NCBI GenBank assembly: GCA_045561025.1
Contig: JBJKYM010000034.1
Location: forward strand, 27,975-91,974
From: Candidatus Rariloculaceae bacterium
GTDB taxonomy: Bacteria; Pseudomonadota; Gammaproteobacteria; Steroidobacterales; Rariloculaceae
Direction: 5' to 3'
Length of the DNA: 64,000 nt
The notes below the pieces were generated by a model, which did not search any database, was not told the DNA's origin, and worked only from the letters and a program-made list of their open reading frames with translations. The position numbers were made by a program, and so were the translations under genes. Below, piece by piece: positions 37,826 to 47,105 of this stretch. Numbering within the stretch: the stretch's first letter is position 1; each line of letters starts with the position of its first letter.

Positions 37826-39085
37826 ATGAATCTCATTCCGTCCACCAACCATCCCAGGATTCTCATTGCCGCAGCGGCGAGTCTTGCGCTTGCGGGATGT
37901 GCTCCCGAGCCTGGGCCTCGGGCCTCCGTCGAGTCGGAGCCGGCCGCAGCGATGCCGATGCCAGCGGCCGCACCGTCGCCGGCAGCGGCTTCAGCCGAGG
38001 CTTCCGCTGCCTATCCGTCGGCCGAAATACCCGTCTTCACGACCGAGCATGTCGCGAGAAAAGGCTTCTATTACGCGGGTGGAGAATATGTCGGCGATCC
38101 GCCGATTATGGGTGGCCAGATGTACGTTGAGGTGTGGGAACCGGTTGAAGCCGTGCAGCCCTATCCACTCGTCATGTTCCACGGCAATGGTCAGACCGGG
38201 GTGGACTGGCTGCAGACGCCGGACGGCCGACCTGGCTGGGCGTACTACCTCGTTGAACAGGGCTATACGCTCTACATGGTCGACTACCCGGCGCGAGGGC
38301 GTTCTACCTACATCCCAGGCGGCGAGCATGGTGATCTGGGGATTCGTACCGTCGAGCAGTTGGAGGCGATCTGGACGAACGTCGGTGAGAAGGGCAACTT
38401 CCCGCTCAACGACAACCATACGCAATGGCCGGGCGGTGGACACCGCGGCGATCCGATCTTCGATAACTTTATCAAGACGCAGGTCCAGTTCGCGGGTCAG
38501 AGCACGACGATGGCGCGCTACGCGGCGATGGAGTTGCTGGACACAATTGGTCAGCCGGTCGTTCTGATTACCCATTCCCAGGGCGGTGGGGTTGGCTGGG
38601 GAGTCGCAGACGGCAGGCCGGATCTGGTCCGGGGAATCGTCACGATCGAACCGGGCGGACCGCAGATCGGTAATGTCAGTACGGCGGATGTTGCCTACTC
38701 AGGCCGGCCGGCGAATGCCTGGGGCCCTGTGAACTATCCGTTGACCTATGAGCCACCGGTTAGTGATCCGGAGGAACTCACGACCTATCTCGAAGCGGAG
38801 GGCGATCAGCCAGGCGAAGTACCCTGCTACCTCCAGGAAGAGCCTGCACGTCAGCTTGTGAATATGACGGAGATCCGTGTACTGGCATTGTCAGCGGATG
38901 GCACTTATCACCGGGTCTTCGACGGCTGTATTCCGAAATGGCTCAACCAGGCGGGCGTAGAGACAGATTTCGTCCGTTTGGAGGAAGTCGGCATCAGCGG
39001 CAATGGGCACATGATGATGCTCGAACTCAATAGCGACGACATTATCGAGTACATCGATAGTTGGATCCGAGAGAATATTCAGTAG
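37826..39085 (+). CDS. alpha/beta-hydrolase lipoprotein, copy 1
   Basis: Start at ATG 37826 gives the lipobox LALAGC. HGNGQTGVDWLQTPDGRPGWAYY, nucleophile elbow THSQGG, C-terminal GNGHMMMLE. Paralog of 40433-41581. Confidence 0.8.
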   Translation: MNLIPSTNHPRILIAAAASLALAGCAPEPGPRASVESEPAAAMPMPAAAPSPAAASAEASAAYPSAEIPVFTTEHVARKGFYYAGGEYVGDPPIMGGQMYVEVWEPVEAVQPYPLVMFHGNGQTGVDWLQTPDGRPGWAYYLVEQGYTLYMVDYPARGRSTYIPGGEHGDLGIRTVEQLEAIWTNVGEKGNFPLNDNHTQWPGGGHRGDPIFDNFIKTQVQFAGQSTTMARYAAMELLDTIGQPVVLITHSQGGGVGWGVADGRPDLVRGIVTIEPGGPQIGNVSTADVAYSGRPANAWGPVNYPLTYEPPVSDPEELTTYLEAEGDQPGEVPCYLQEEPARQLVNMTEIRVLALSADGTYHRVFDGCIPKWLNQAGVETDFVRLEEVGISGNGHMMMLELNSDDIIEYIDSWIRENIQ

Positions 39086-39105
39086 AAAAAGTTTGGAGAA
39101 CAGTT

Positions 39106-40368
39106 ATGCGTAGTCGTATACGAATGTTGGGTTGGTCAGCCGTTGGCGCCGCTGTCGTCGTGATCGCGAGCAATCAGATGGTCTCGGCGCAAAGCGCGGC
39201 CGTCGGCTTTTCAGCGGTACCGGGACAAAAGGGCGGCCAGGATATGTTCGGCCCTTATGACGTTGCTCCGAACTGGCCACAGGACCTCTCTGAGTTGCCA
39301 GGAAATGGGGCCTGGACGTATGGTGCGGGCCAGAGTGTATTCGCTGAGAGTCCTGATCGAATCTTTCTCCTGCACCGCGGCGAGTTGCCGAATATAGAGC
39401 GCCCCGGAGCAGAAGTTTCAGACCGTGGCCCCGCACTGTCTTTCCCGGTTGCGCAGCTACCGTTCCGTAACGCTTCGGTTGGTCCGCGTGCCAGTTTGCC
39501 GGGCGCACTAGACGGCGACGATACCGACCGCGGTATCCACGGCGTTGATCACAACTGGGCCCACTGCCTGGTTGTTGTTGACGGTGACGGAAATATCATT
39601 GAAGAGTGGACACAGTGGGACCATCTGTTTCGCCGTCCGCACTACGTAACCATCAATCCCTACGATCCCGAGAAGCACGTCTGGGTCGTCGATGACTTCC
39701 GGCACGCGATATTCAAGTTCACTAACGATGGTTCAAAGCTTGTTCAGACGATCGGTATCCCGAACGAGTCCGGCAACGATTCCACCCATTTTTTCCGACC
39801 GACGTTTATGGCATTTCTTCCTGATGCGATGTTCGTCGCGGACGGCTACGCCAATACGCGGGTGGTCAAGTTCGATCACGATGGAAACTATCTGATGACC
39901 TGGGGTGAGCCCGGTAATCCTCCGAACGAGACGCGTCCCGGCTACATGAACAATGTCCACGGCGTTGCAGTCGACCCGGAGACGAATCGCGTTTTCGTCA
40001 ATGATCGTGCGAATAACCGGGTTCAGGTTTTTACTGACGATGGCGAATTTCTGGATGAGTGGAGTTTCGGGCCCGAGCCGACGGATATTCATCTGTTCTA
40101 CATCGGTGCCGACAGAATCATGTGGGCTGCGGACCGTGCGACCAGCAAGATTCTGGGTTACGACCTCGACGGAAACTTCCTGTACTCCTGGGGTACGTTT
40201 GGTGACTTCCCCGGTGGCCAGTGGGGCGTGCACGGCATGAGCGTCGATCAGGACGGCAACTTCTATATTGCCGAGGTTGGTAACGGTCGTGTGCAGAAGT
40301 ACACGCCACGCGCCGGAGCGCGAGCTGAGACGATGGTTGGTAAGCCCGTCTACGCTGCCTGGGAGTAG
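39106..40368 (+). CDS. exported NHL-repeat PAL-like propeller, copy 2
   Basis: ATG 39106 has TGGAGA upstream (the track start 39061 overlaps the previous gene). Signal peptide. Long identical strings with copy 1 (SVFAESPDR, IIEEWTQWD, INPYDPEKHVW, ETNRVFVNDR, VHGMSVDQDGNFYIAEV). Confidence 0.8.
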   Translation: MRSRIRMLGWSAVGAAVVVIASNQMVSAQSAAVGFSAVPGQKGGQDMFGPYDVAPNWPQDLSELPGNGAWTYGAGQSVFAESPDRIFLLHRGELPNIERPGAEVSDRGPALSFPVAQLPFRNASVGPRASLPGALDGDDTDRGIHGVDHNWAHCLVVVDGDGNIIEEWTQWDHLFRRPHYVTINPYDPEKHVWVVDDFRHAIFKFTNDGSKLVQTIGIPNESGNDSTHFFRPTFMAFLPDAMFVADGYANTRVVKFDHDGNYLMTWGEPGNPPNETRPGYMNNVHGVAVDPETNRVFVNDRANNRVQVFTDDGEFLDEWSFGPEPTDIHLFYIGADRIMWAADRATSKILGYDLDGNFLYSWGTFGDFPGGQWGVHGMSVDQDGNFYIAEVGNGRVQKYTPRAGARAETMVGKPVYAAWE

Positions 40369-40432
40369 TAAACGAGTTTTTAGCTGCGCGATCGCCTGCG
40401 GAGCCAGGTGACCCGCGTACTCGGAGAGTGTG

Positions 40433-41581
40433 ATGACCAAACTTCAAAAAATATCGATAACGTCTATTCTGGTGGTGATGGCAGCCGGCGTCTCGGCGCA
40501 AACTCCACCGTCGACGATTCCGATGGTCTCGATGGACAACGTGGCAAGTCACGGTTTCTTCTATGCGGGCGGCGAGTATGTCGGCGAGCCCGGCAAGGAG
40601 ACGATGGGCGGCGCAATGTATGTCGAAGTCCTCGTGCCGAAAGAGATACTGCATCCCTACCCGGTTGTATTCCTGCATGGTGCCGGCCAGACAGGCGTCG
40701 ATTATCTGCAGACACCCGATGGTCGCCCTGGCTGGGCGTACAATTTCGTCGACATGGGCTACGTCGTCTATGTGCAGGATTTTCCTGCGCGTGGCCGATC
40801 TCAGTATGTGCCCGGGGTAGACGGTGACATCAATATCCGTAACGCACCCGGAATCGAGCAGATATTTACGGCCTCTGCAGCAACGGCTAGTTTTCCGCAG
40901 GCCTCGAAGCACACGCAGTGGCCGGGAACAGGGCGTATGGGCGACCCCATCGCCGATGCATTCATGAAGTCGCAGGTACAGTTTATCGGCGGACCCCAGG
41001 CGCGACTTACAATTGATGCCAATGTCGCTCTGCTCGACATGATCGGTACCCCGGTGATCCTGTTCACTCACTCGCAGGGTGGCTGGTTCGGCTGGAATAT
41101 TGCCGATGAGCGTCCGGATCTCGTGCGCGTAATCGTGACCTCTGAACCTGCTGCGCCGCCGATTCGCGGTGTCGATACGACCAACGTGGTTTATCGGGAA
41201 AGTGGTGGTCTGGCCTGGGGCGTCGGCAATACGCCCATTACCTATGATCCGCCTGTCAGTGATCCGTCAGAATTGCAGGTTGAACTTCAGGCCGAAGCGG
41301 AAGGCCCGGACCTCGTGCCCTGCTATCGGCAGGTCGAGCCGGCCAGACAGCTGGTCAACCTGACTGATATTCCGGTGCTGTTTCTTAACGGCGAGGGTGG
41401 TTATCACCGGATTTTCGATCACTGTCTCGCGAACTGGCTGAACCAGGCCGGCGTTGAGACGGAGTACGTACGAATGGAGGACGTTGGCCTGACCGGCAAC
41501 GGTCATATGATGATGCTCGAGCTCAACAGCAAAGAGATCGCCGACTACGTTCACGGCTGGCTCGAGGACAATATTCTCTAG
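40433..41581 (+). CDS. exported alpha/beta-hydrolase, copy 2
   Basis: Signal peptide. HGAGQTGVDYLQTPDGRPGWAYN, THSQGG, GNGHMMMLELNS. GGAGAG RBS. Confidence 0.8.
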   Translation: MTKLQKISITSILVVMAAGVSAQTPPSTIPMVSMDNVASHGFFYAGGEYVGEPGKETMGGAMYVEVLVPKEILHPYPVVFLHGAGQTGVDYLQTPDGRPGWAYNFVDMGYVVYVQDFPARGRSQYVPGVDGDINIRNAPGIEQIFTASAATASFPQASKHTQWPGTGRMGDPIADAFMKSQVQFIGGPQARLTIDANVALLDMIGTPVILFTHSQGGWFGWNIADERPDLVRVIVTSEPAAPPIRGVDTTNVVYRESGGLAWGVGNTPITYDPPVSDPSELQVELQAEAEGPDLVPCYRQVEPARQLVNLTDIPVLFLNGEGGYHRIFDHCLANWLNQAGVETEYVRMEDVGLTGNGHMMMLELNSKEIADYVHGWLEDNIL

Positions 41582-41667
41582 CTGCAGGCGCAGGTCTCGC
41601 CGCTGGGGGAACGGCGGGGAGAATCAGCCTCGATGTATGGCGTAAGTGATTGGAGGAGATGCAGCAG

Positions 41668-42075
41668 ATGCAGCAGATGCGGTATATGAAATTAGGAAAC
41701 TCATTGGTTGTTCTGGTGTCGATATTTTCGATGGCCTTGTCCGCCTGGGCGCATCATGGAGACGCCGGACGTTACAACGACGAGGTCACGACAGTAGTCG
41801 GTGTCGTCGCGCAGTGGCGCCTGATTAATCCGCATTCAGAGTTGATCCTCGATGTTGAGGACGAATCGGGAAGACTCGTTCGCTGGCGTGGAGAACTCGC
41901 TAACCCGACCGCCCTGGCCAATCGTCATGGCTGGGATCAGGAAACATTTCAGCCGGGCGATAGAATCTCGATGACGGGCAGGGCGCTGAAGAACGGTTCG
42001 CCCGCGATGACGTTGTCGGAGGGTGCTGTACTCGTAGACGCTGACTCCGGTGAAGAGCTCTACCGCGGGAATTAG
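41668..42075 (+). CDS. DUF6152 family exported protein, copy 2
   Basis: Several in-frame ATGs (41659, 41668, 41677, 41686) follow GGAGGAG, so the start is uncertain. Signal peptide ending SAWA, then HHGDAGRY..VVAQWRLINPH..GDRISMTG. Confidence 0.65.
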   Translation: MQQMRYMKLGNSLVVLVSIFSMALSAWAHHGDAGRYNDEVTTVVGVVAQWRLINPHSELILDVEDESGRLVRWRGELANPTALANRHGWDQETFQPGDRISMTGRALKNGSPAMTLSEGAVLVDADSGEELYRGN

Positions 42076-42087
42076 AGAGTAAAGATC

Positions 42088-43920
42088 ATGACAAGTACCG
42101 GCTGCTGCTTTCGAATAGTTCTGCCTGTCATTTGCGCGATCGGCTTAACTGCATGCTCGGCGCCACCGCCTGCACCGTCGCTGTCGATGGGTTTTGGCTT
42201 AAAGGAGATTCAGTTCAGCTGGCCTGTCGTGGAGGAGGCTGATCATTATCGCTTGCTGGCCAGTCTCGATGGCTCGGCGGTGTTCTCGGCCGTTGGCGGA
42301 AATCTCTCAGCTATGACGACGAGTACAACCGTGCCGGTCGCAGTGCATCTCTATCCCTGGGAGACAGCCCGCTACGTTCTGGAGGCATGTAACGCTGACG
42401 GCTGTACCCGCTCGGCTGAGATCAGTCCGATAGACGGCATCCTGGATACCATCGGTTACGTTAAGGCGTCGAACTCAGACGTTGACGATCAGTTCGGGGG
42501 CGGCAGCGTCATTTACGGTCTCTCCGCGGCCATTAGTCGCGACGGCAATACGATGGCTGTCACGTCGATCTTCGAAGATAGCGCGGCGACCGGAATCGAT
42601 GGCGATCAGACTGATAACTCGGCGCTGGACGCCGGATCCGTCTATGTATTTCAGCGCGACGACGACGGCTGGGCTCAACAGGCCTATGTCAAAGCTTCGA
42701 ATGCCGAATCCAGCGACCAGTTCGGCTACTCCGTGGCATTAAGCGGTGACGGCGACACGCTCGCCGTTGGTGCAAATCTTGAAGCCAGTAGCGCAACCGG
42801 AATAAACGGTGACCAAAGCGACAACTCGGCGCCTGGCGCCGGCGCCGTCTATGTCTTCGCACGTGCGAGTGGCGAGTGGAGCCAACAGGCCTATGTAAAG
42901 GCGTCGAACTCCGACGGCGGTGATGTATTCGGCTATCAGGTTGCTCTGAACTTTGACGGCGACACGCTGGTGGTGACAGCTCAGGGTGAGGATAGCGCCT
43001 CTCCCGGCATCGACCTTGATCAGATCAACAACGATGCCGGTGGCGCCGGCGCAGCGTATGTATTCACGCGTGATGGCGGCACATGGTCGCAGCAGTCGTA
43101 TCTCAAGTCGGCCAATCCGGAGGTGAATGATCTCTTCGGCAGTTCCGTCGCTATGAGCGATGACGGCAACACGATACTTGTGGGTGCGCTCGATGAGGAC
43201 GGCGGGCAGGCGACCATCAACGGCGATGAATCGGACAACTCCGCGCGCGGCTCTGGTGCTGCATATGTCTTCGTCCGCAACGGTAGTCGATGGTCGCAAC
43301 AAGGCTATATCAAGGGTTCGAATACGCAGGCTGCGGACGCGTTCGGCGCGACGGTCGCGATGAGCGCTGACGGTAATACGCTGGCCGTCGGAGCGCCCGA
43401 CGAAAACAACACGTCGACCGGCGCCCATGCCGATCTCGGGCACCGCGTGGGCTTCGATCCGCGGACTGATCACTCTTTCGGCTCGGCCTACATATTCGCC
43501 AGGCAGAATGGGAACTGGACGGAGCAGGCCTATATCAAGCCTTCTCATCTCGGGCAGTTCGATCAGTTCGGTACCCGGGTCGCGCTGAGTGGCGACGGCA
43601 ATATCCTTGCCGTAGGCGTCCCTCTTGAAGACAGTCCGGCAGTCGGATTGAACGGTAGTCGCGAGAACGATGAGTCCGGTGGGACCGAGTTCGGCGCCGT
43701 CTATCTATACACGCGCGAGAATGGCCGCTGGTCTGATCACAACTATGTGAAGGCTCCCAATGCCGGTGTCTACGACGAGTTTGGATCCGTTATCGCGCTC
43801 AATGCAGATGGGTCGACAATGATCGTCGGTGCTCGTTTCGAAGATTCTGCAGCGACGGGTGTCGATGGGGATCAGGGCCACGAGTATGCCAGAGACGCCG
43901 GGGCGATCTACGTTTTCTAG
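42088..43920 (+). CDS. lipoprotein with N-terminal Ig/FN3-like region and seven FG-GAP/integrin-alpha-like repeats
   Basis: Lipobox GLTAC. Seven ~70-aa repeats: Y[VIL]KasN....D.FG.sVAlS.DGnTLAVGA..EDS.ATGi.GDq.DNSa..aGAvYVF.R....W.QQa. Confidence 0.75.
   Translation: MTSTGCCFRIVLPVICAIGLTACSAPPPAPSLSMGFGLKEIQFSWPVVEEADHYRLLASLDGSAVFSAVGGNLSAMTTSTTVPVAVHLYPWETARYVLEACNADGCTRSAEISPIDGILDTIGYVKASNSDVDDQFGGGSVIYGLSAAISRDGNTMAVTSIFEDSAATGIDGDQTDNSALDAGSVYVFQRDDDGWAQQAYVKASNAESSDQFGYSVALSGDGDTLAVGANLEASSATGINGDQSDNSAPGAGAVYVFARASGEWSQQAYVKASNSDGGDVFGYQVALNFDGDTLVVTAQGEDSASPGIDLDQINNDAGGAGAAYVFTRDGGTWSQQSYLKSANPEVNDLFGSSVAMSDDGNTILVGALDEDGGQATINGDESDNSARGSGAAYVFVRNGSRWSQQGYIKGSNTQAADAFGATVAMSADGNTLAVGAPDENNTSTGAHADLGHRVGFDPRTDHSFGSAYIFARQNGNWTEQAYIKPSHLGQFDQFGTRVALSGDGNILAVGVPLEDSPAVGLNGSRENDESGGTEFGAVYLYTRENGRWSDHNYVKAPNAGVYDEFGSVIALNADGSTMIVGARFEDSAATGVDGDQGHEYARDAGAIYVF
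42457..43917 (+). repeat. seven in-frame tandem coding repeats (~200-230 nt each)
   Basis: Periodicity is seen in the translation; repeat 1 starts at Tyr124 (nt 42457). These are divergent protein repeats, not identical DNA repeats. Confidence 0.8.
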
Positions 43921-44117
43921 TCGGCAGTGACAGCGGCTCTCTCGAGGAGCAGCTTGCCGATCTGGGCTTCGAGCGGTTCCGCCTGGTTATCGGAAAATTC
44001 GAACTCCTCGCCGTGCTCAGGAATCACGCGTGGCGAACCTCGTTCGCTGCCCGATAGCAGGCTGATCCACTCTTTACTTTCGCCGACTGCGACGCGCATC
44101 CGCCGAATTCTGGTCAT
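43917..44117 (-). CDS. hypothetical small protein
   Basis: 66 aa from the internal ATG 44117 (MTRIRRMRVAVGESKEW..). CTAG stop overlap with the convergent FG-GAP gene. No family recognised. Confidence 0.3.
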   Translation of the reverse strand: MTRIRRMRVAVGESKEWISLLSGSERGSPRVIPEHGEEFEFSDNQAEPLEAQIGKLLLERAAVTAD

Positions 44118-44334
44118 CGATTCGTCCCCGGTACTAGGCTGCTGATCGATTATCTTGGCCAGGGCGGAGCGCTGCTGTGATGTATTTTGCAAGACCGTGA
44201 GAGAGTCTTGCGGTTGCGACGGGTCGAGTTCAGATCAACTATCTGGATCTATGCCAGGCTGCTACACTTCTTTCACCGGCATCCGATTTATTGGTGGGAG
44301 GACATCAGGAGCCGGCAATACAGGCAGAAGTTGG

Positions 44335-44670
44335 ATGCGAAAACAGGAAAACACCCGGCCGATAATTATTCGTTACGTCATCGCCTTCATTGGGGCGGTC
44401 TCCATAACGATAGGGTTGCTCTTGTTCATGAACGATCTGATCAGCCGGTTCTTCGAGCGGGATGCGATTCAATACTTCGCGATCACCGACTATATCCCCG
44501 CACCGGATCGCGGCCGGCAATTGCCTGACGCACCGCCGGCACCGTCCGCTGCCCCCGACGCGCCGGCGCTTGAGCTCGCGCCTGAAGAGGAGATCGTGAT
44601 GGACGGTCCGGTTATCGAGCCCGACCTGACGCTTCCGGCAACCGAACAGGCACCGAATCTCGACGAGTAA
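44335..44670 (+). CDS. membrane-anchored Pro/Ala-rich protein (TonB N-terminus-like, no C-terminal domain)
   Basis: From ATG 44335: one TM helix (YVIAFIGAVSITIGLLLFM), then PAPDRGRQLPDAPPAPSAAPDAPALELAPEEE. The upstream part of the track ORF does not look coding. Confidence 0.4.
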   Translation: MRKQENTRPIIIRYVIAFIGAVSITIGLLLFMNDLISRFFERDAIQYFAITDYIPAPDRGRQLPDAPPAPSAAPDAPALELAPEEEIVMDGPVIEPDLTLPATEQAPNLDE

Positions 44671-44679
44671 CTACTTCTT

Positions 44680-45198
44680 TCAGGCTGAGAGATTGCCGTC
44701 CGCGCCAAGCTCCAGCCCGGTTTCTCGCGCTCGGGAGAGCACCGATTTCGCCCAGTCAACATGACCGGCGTCGTCGCCGCCCAGAATCGCCATCAGATAG
44801 GCATGCTCATCGCTGATGTTTCGAAAGCCTCTCATCACGCCGACCGGTACCGAGACGAGATCCATGGGTCCGAGTTCAGTTTCGCCGTCGCCGTCCTCGC
44901 CCCAGTAAACAATCCATCGACCGGTTAATGCCACGAACACCTCGACGGTAGGGTGGGAGTGCAGCGCCGCTCCTTTTTGCGGGTCGGCCCCTATATAGGT
45001 GACGTTGAACCCTTCAACTGCGGTGACGGAAGGTTCGAGCTCCGGGTCTTCCGTTACGCCACGACCGATTACATTGTAGATATCCCGGACGTGCTCCGGG
45101 ATGCGAGTATCGACGAAAGCCTGCGGGCTGGCACGGAGTTCGCTGAACCGTGCAGTTCGTGCTTCCATTTCTTCGACCAGTTCGGCTTTGTTGGGCAT
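44680..45198 (-). CDS. cupin domain protein
   Basis: From ATG 45198 (GAGGT RBS). ..GAALHSHPTVEVFVALTGRWIVYWG....LGPMDLVSVPVGVMRGFRN fits the cupin two-motif pattern. Confidence 0.7.
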   Translation of the reverse strand: MPNKAELVEEMEARTARFSELRASPQAFVDTRIPEHVRDIYNVIGRGVTEDPELEPSVTAVEGFNVTYIGADPQKGAALHSHPTVEVFVALTGRWIVYWGEDGDGETELGPMDLVSVPVGVMRGFRNISDEHAYLMAILGGDDAGHVDWAKSVLSRARETGLELGADGNLSA

Positions 45199-45775
45199 CG
45201 TCGTGACCTCGGGATAATTACTTTGACCTGAATCGTACCTACTTGGCCGTCCCATTTCCTCTCGACTCGTCTTCCCTTCGGTGCGCTCGGTCTGCCACTA
45301 TTTGAGCTGCAGCCAATTGCGGGTCGACGTCCCTCCCTCATAACACGTAGCGGGAACCATGCGTAAATTACACTTAGCGTTAGCCACGAGAGATATGGAT
45401 CGGTCAATCCTCGACTAAAGTACTCAACTGAAGACTGAGCCTTGTGTCGTTGTTTCCGGCGAGTACGCCTTGTGGCGTACTGAGATCGTCAATCTGTCGG
45501 TCAGGCTCGATCCCGACTGCGAGCCAGGTGCGTTGAGGCATCTTGGCTGGGAAGATCCTGAAGCAGCCGAATTCTCAACGAGTACCGACGCGAACGGAAT
45601 CGTCTGGGAACACTTCTCGGCACAGCAGCAGGCCGATGAGATAGAAGAATTTTTTCCCGGCACCGACTACCGCCCGCCAGATTCGTAGCGTGTAGAGCTG
45701 ACGGGACTGGGACAATCTCACGCGTTTGCGTAAACTCGGTATATAGAGACGGCGTCGCGAAATATTGGGGACGAT

Positions 45776-47053
45776 ATGATCGGTAAGACTTCTGCAGTTG
45801 TGATTGTTCGTAGATCTCTTGTTTGTCTCGGGGTTGCGATTGTCGCGTTCTACGGCACGGCGCAGGCCCAGCCGTCTCTGACCTACTTCGCGGATCCGAG
45901 CTGGCCGAAGACTCTGCCGAATAACTGGAAGCTCGGCGGTATCTCCGGCCTGACGATCGACGCTGACGACAACATCTGGGTCCATAATCGTCCGAACGAT
46001 CTCGCCGATATGGAGCTCCTGGCCGAGCTCTCGCCGCCGGTCTCGGAATGCTGTGTTCGCGCACCTTCGATGATTCAACTCGATGGGTCCGGGAATGTAC
46101 TCGCATCATTCGATGCGCCACAGGGTCACGGCATGGATGTCGATAACGACGGCTTTATCTATCTCGGGCAAGATACCGTTCGCAAATACAACTCGGTTAC
46201 TGGAGATCTCGTGGCGGAGGTTGAGCGAACGCCAGAAAGGGAAGGTGGGGGACAGGTCGGCCTGCCGCCACCGGCTGAAATTATCCTGGGCAAGGGCTCT
46301 CTGGAGCACGCTGACGTGTTTATGCCGTCGACGCCCAGGGAACCAGCCGACGTCGCGCGTCGAGCAGCGGCAGCCGTCGAGTTCCGCGCGAAGTATCCTC
46401 CGGATACGCCGATGATCGTCGGCGGTCTGGAAGAAATTCGCATTATCGAAGCGGACAATGAAATATTTGTCGCCGATAACTATCTCGGTGGCCGGGTACT
46501 GGTCTTCGATCTCGAAACGTTCGAATTCAAGCGTGGCTGGGGTGCGTATGGAAAGCCGCTGGCTGAGATCAGTACGGACGATGCAGATCATAGATACACA
46601 GCTAACGGTCCTATGCCGAGAGACTTCGCCGGTCACCTGACGCTGAACATCTCCAACGACGGGCTGGTCTATGCGGCAGATCGAAGAGCGAATCGAATCC
46701 ACGTGACGACGAAGGACGGTCAGTTTCTGAAGGAGTTCGTGCTCGCACCCAGTACCGGCGGTGGTGGATCAGCCGGTGGAGTGGCGTTTTCTGCCGATGA
46801 AGATCAGCGTTATCTTTTTATCTCGGACCGGATGAATGGTAAGGTCTGGTTCCTGAATCGCGACGACGGTGAGGTTGTCGGCTCCGTCGGGAGCATGGGC
46901 GAGAACGGCGGGCAATTCTTCGGCCTGCATATGATTGCAGTCGACTCGCAGGGCTTCATTTATACCGGTGAAGTCGATTCTTTTCGCGTGCAGAGATTCG
47001 TACCGGCTTACAGTCTCAGAGGCCGTCTCCTTCAGCAGCTGGCCGAGCTATAA
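45776..47053 (+). CDS. exported NHL-repeat beta-propeller protein (third, divergent)
   Basis: Signal peptide. NHL-like units (IFVADNYLGGRVLVFDLETF, LVYAADRRANRIHVTTKDGQFL, YLFISDRMNGKVWFLNRDDGEV, FIYTGEVDSFRVQRF). Confidence 0.7.
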   Translation: MIGKTSAVVIVRRSLVCLGVAIVAFYGTAQAQPSLTYFADPSWPKTLPNNWKLGGISGLTIDADDNIWVHNRPNDLADMELLAELSPPVSECCVRAPSMIQLDGSGNVLASFDAPQGHGMDVDNDGFIYLGQDTVRKYNSVTGDLVAEVERTPEREGGGQVGLPPPAEIILGKGSLEHADVFMPSTPREPADVARRAAAAVEFRAKYPPDTPMIVGGLEEIRIIEADNEIFVADNYLGGRVLVFDLETFEFKRGWGAYGKPLAEISTDDADHRYTANGPMPRDFAGHLTLNISNDGLVYAADRRANRIHVTTKDGQFLKEFVLAPSTGGGGSAGGVAFSADEDQRYLFISDRMNGKVWFLNRDDGEVVGSVGSMGENGGQFFGLHMIAVDSQGFIYTGEVDSFRVQRFVPAYSLRGRLLQQLAEL

Positions 47054-47105
47054 TTTGAGATCAACGAATTGGCGCGCTTGTTGAAGCGCCCTGGTGGAGA
47101 ACATA

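Noticed and set aside
35583-41071. Long antisense ORFs (35583-36227, 39733-40440, 40118-41071, 37991-38575) and the alternate frame 37866-38567 within the module genes
   Set aside because: All overlap paralog-supported + strand genes. They have no motifs, and open antisense frames are expected at this GC content.
42739-43548. 269-aa minus-strand ORF inside the FG-GAP gene (also 43020-43280)
   Set aside because: It is antisense to a strongly periodic, clearly coding + strand frame. It is Arg-rich with no recognisable domain.
42457-43917. Periodic repeats, checked as a possible CRISPR or other non-coding array
   Set aside because: The periodicity is ~200-230 nt, in frame, and divergent at the DNA level. 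It lies within a long ORF with a lipobox, so these are protein repeats. No short direct repeats or spacers occur anywhere in the window.
45419-45688. Open frame encoding ..LRHLGWEDPEAAEFSTSTDANGIVWEHFSAQQQADEIEEFFPG (track ORF 45470-45688)
   Set aside because: Codon usage looks coding, but only a TTG start is available, there is no RBS and I recognise no family. It may be a gene fragment, and the support is too weak to list as a feature.
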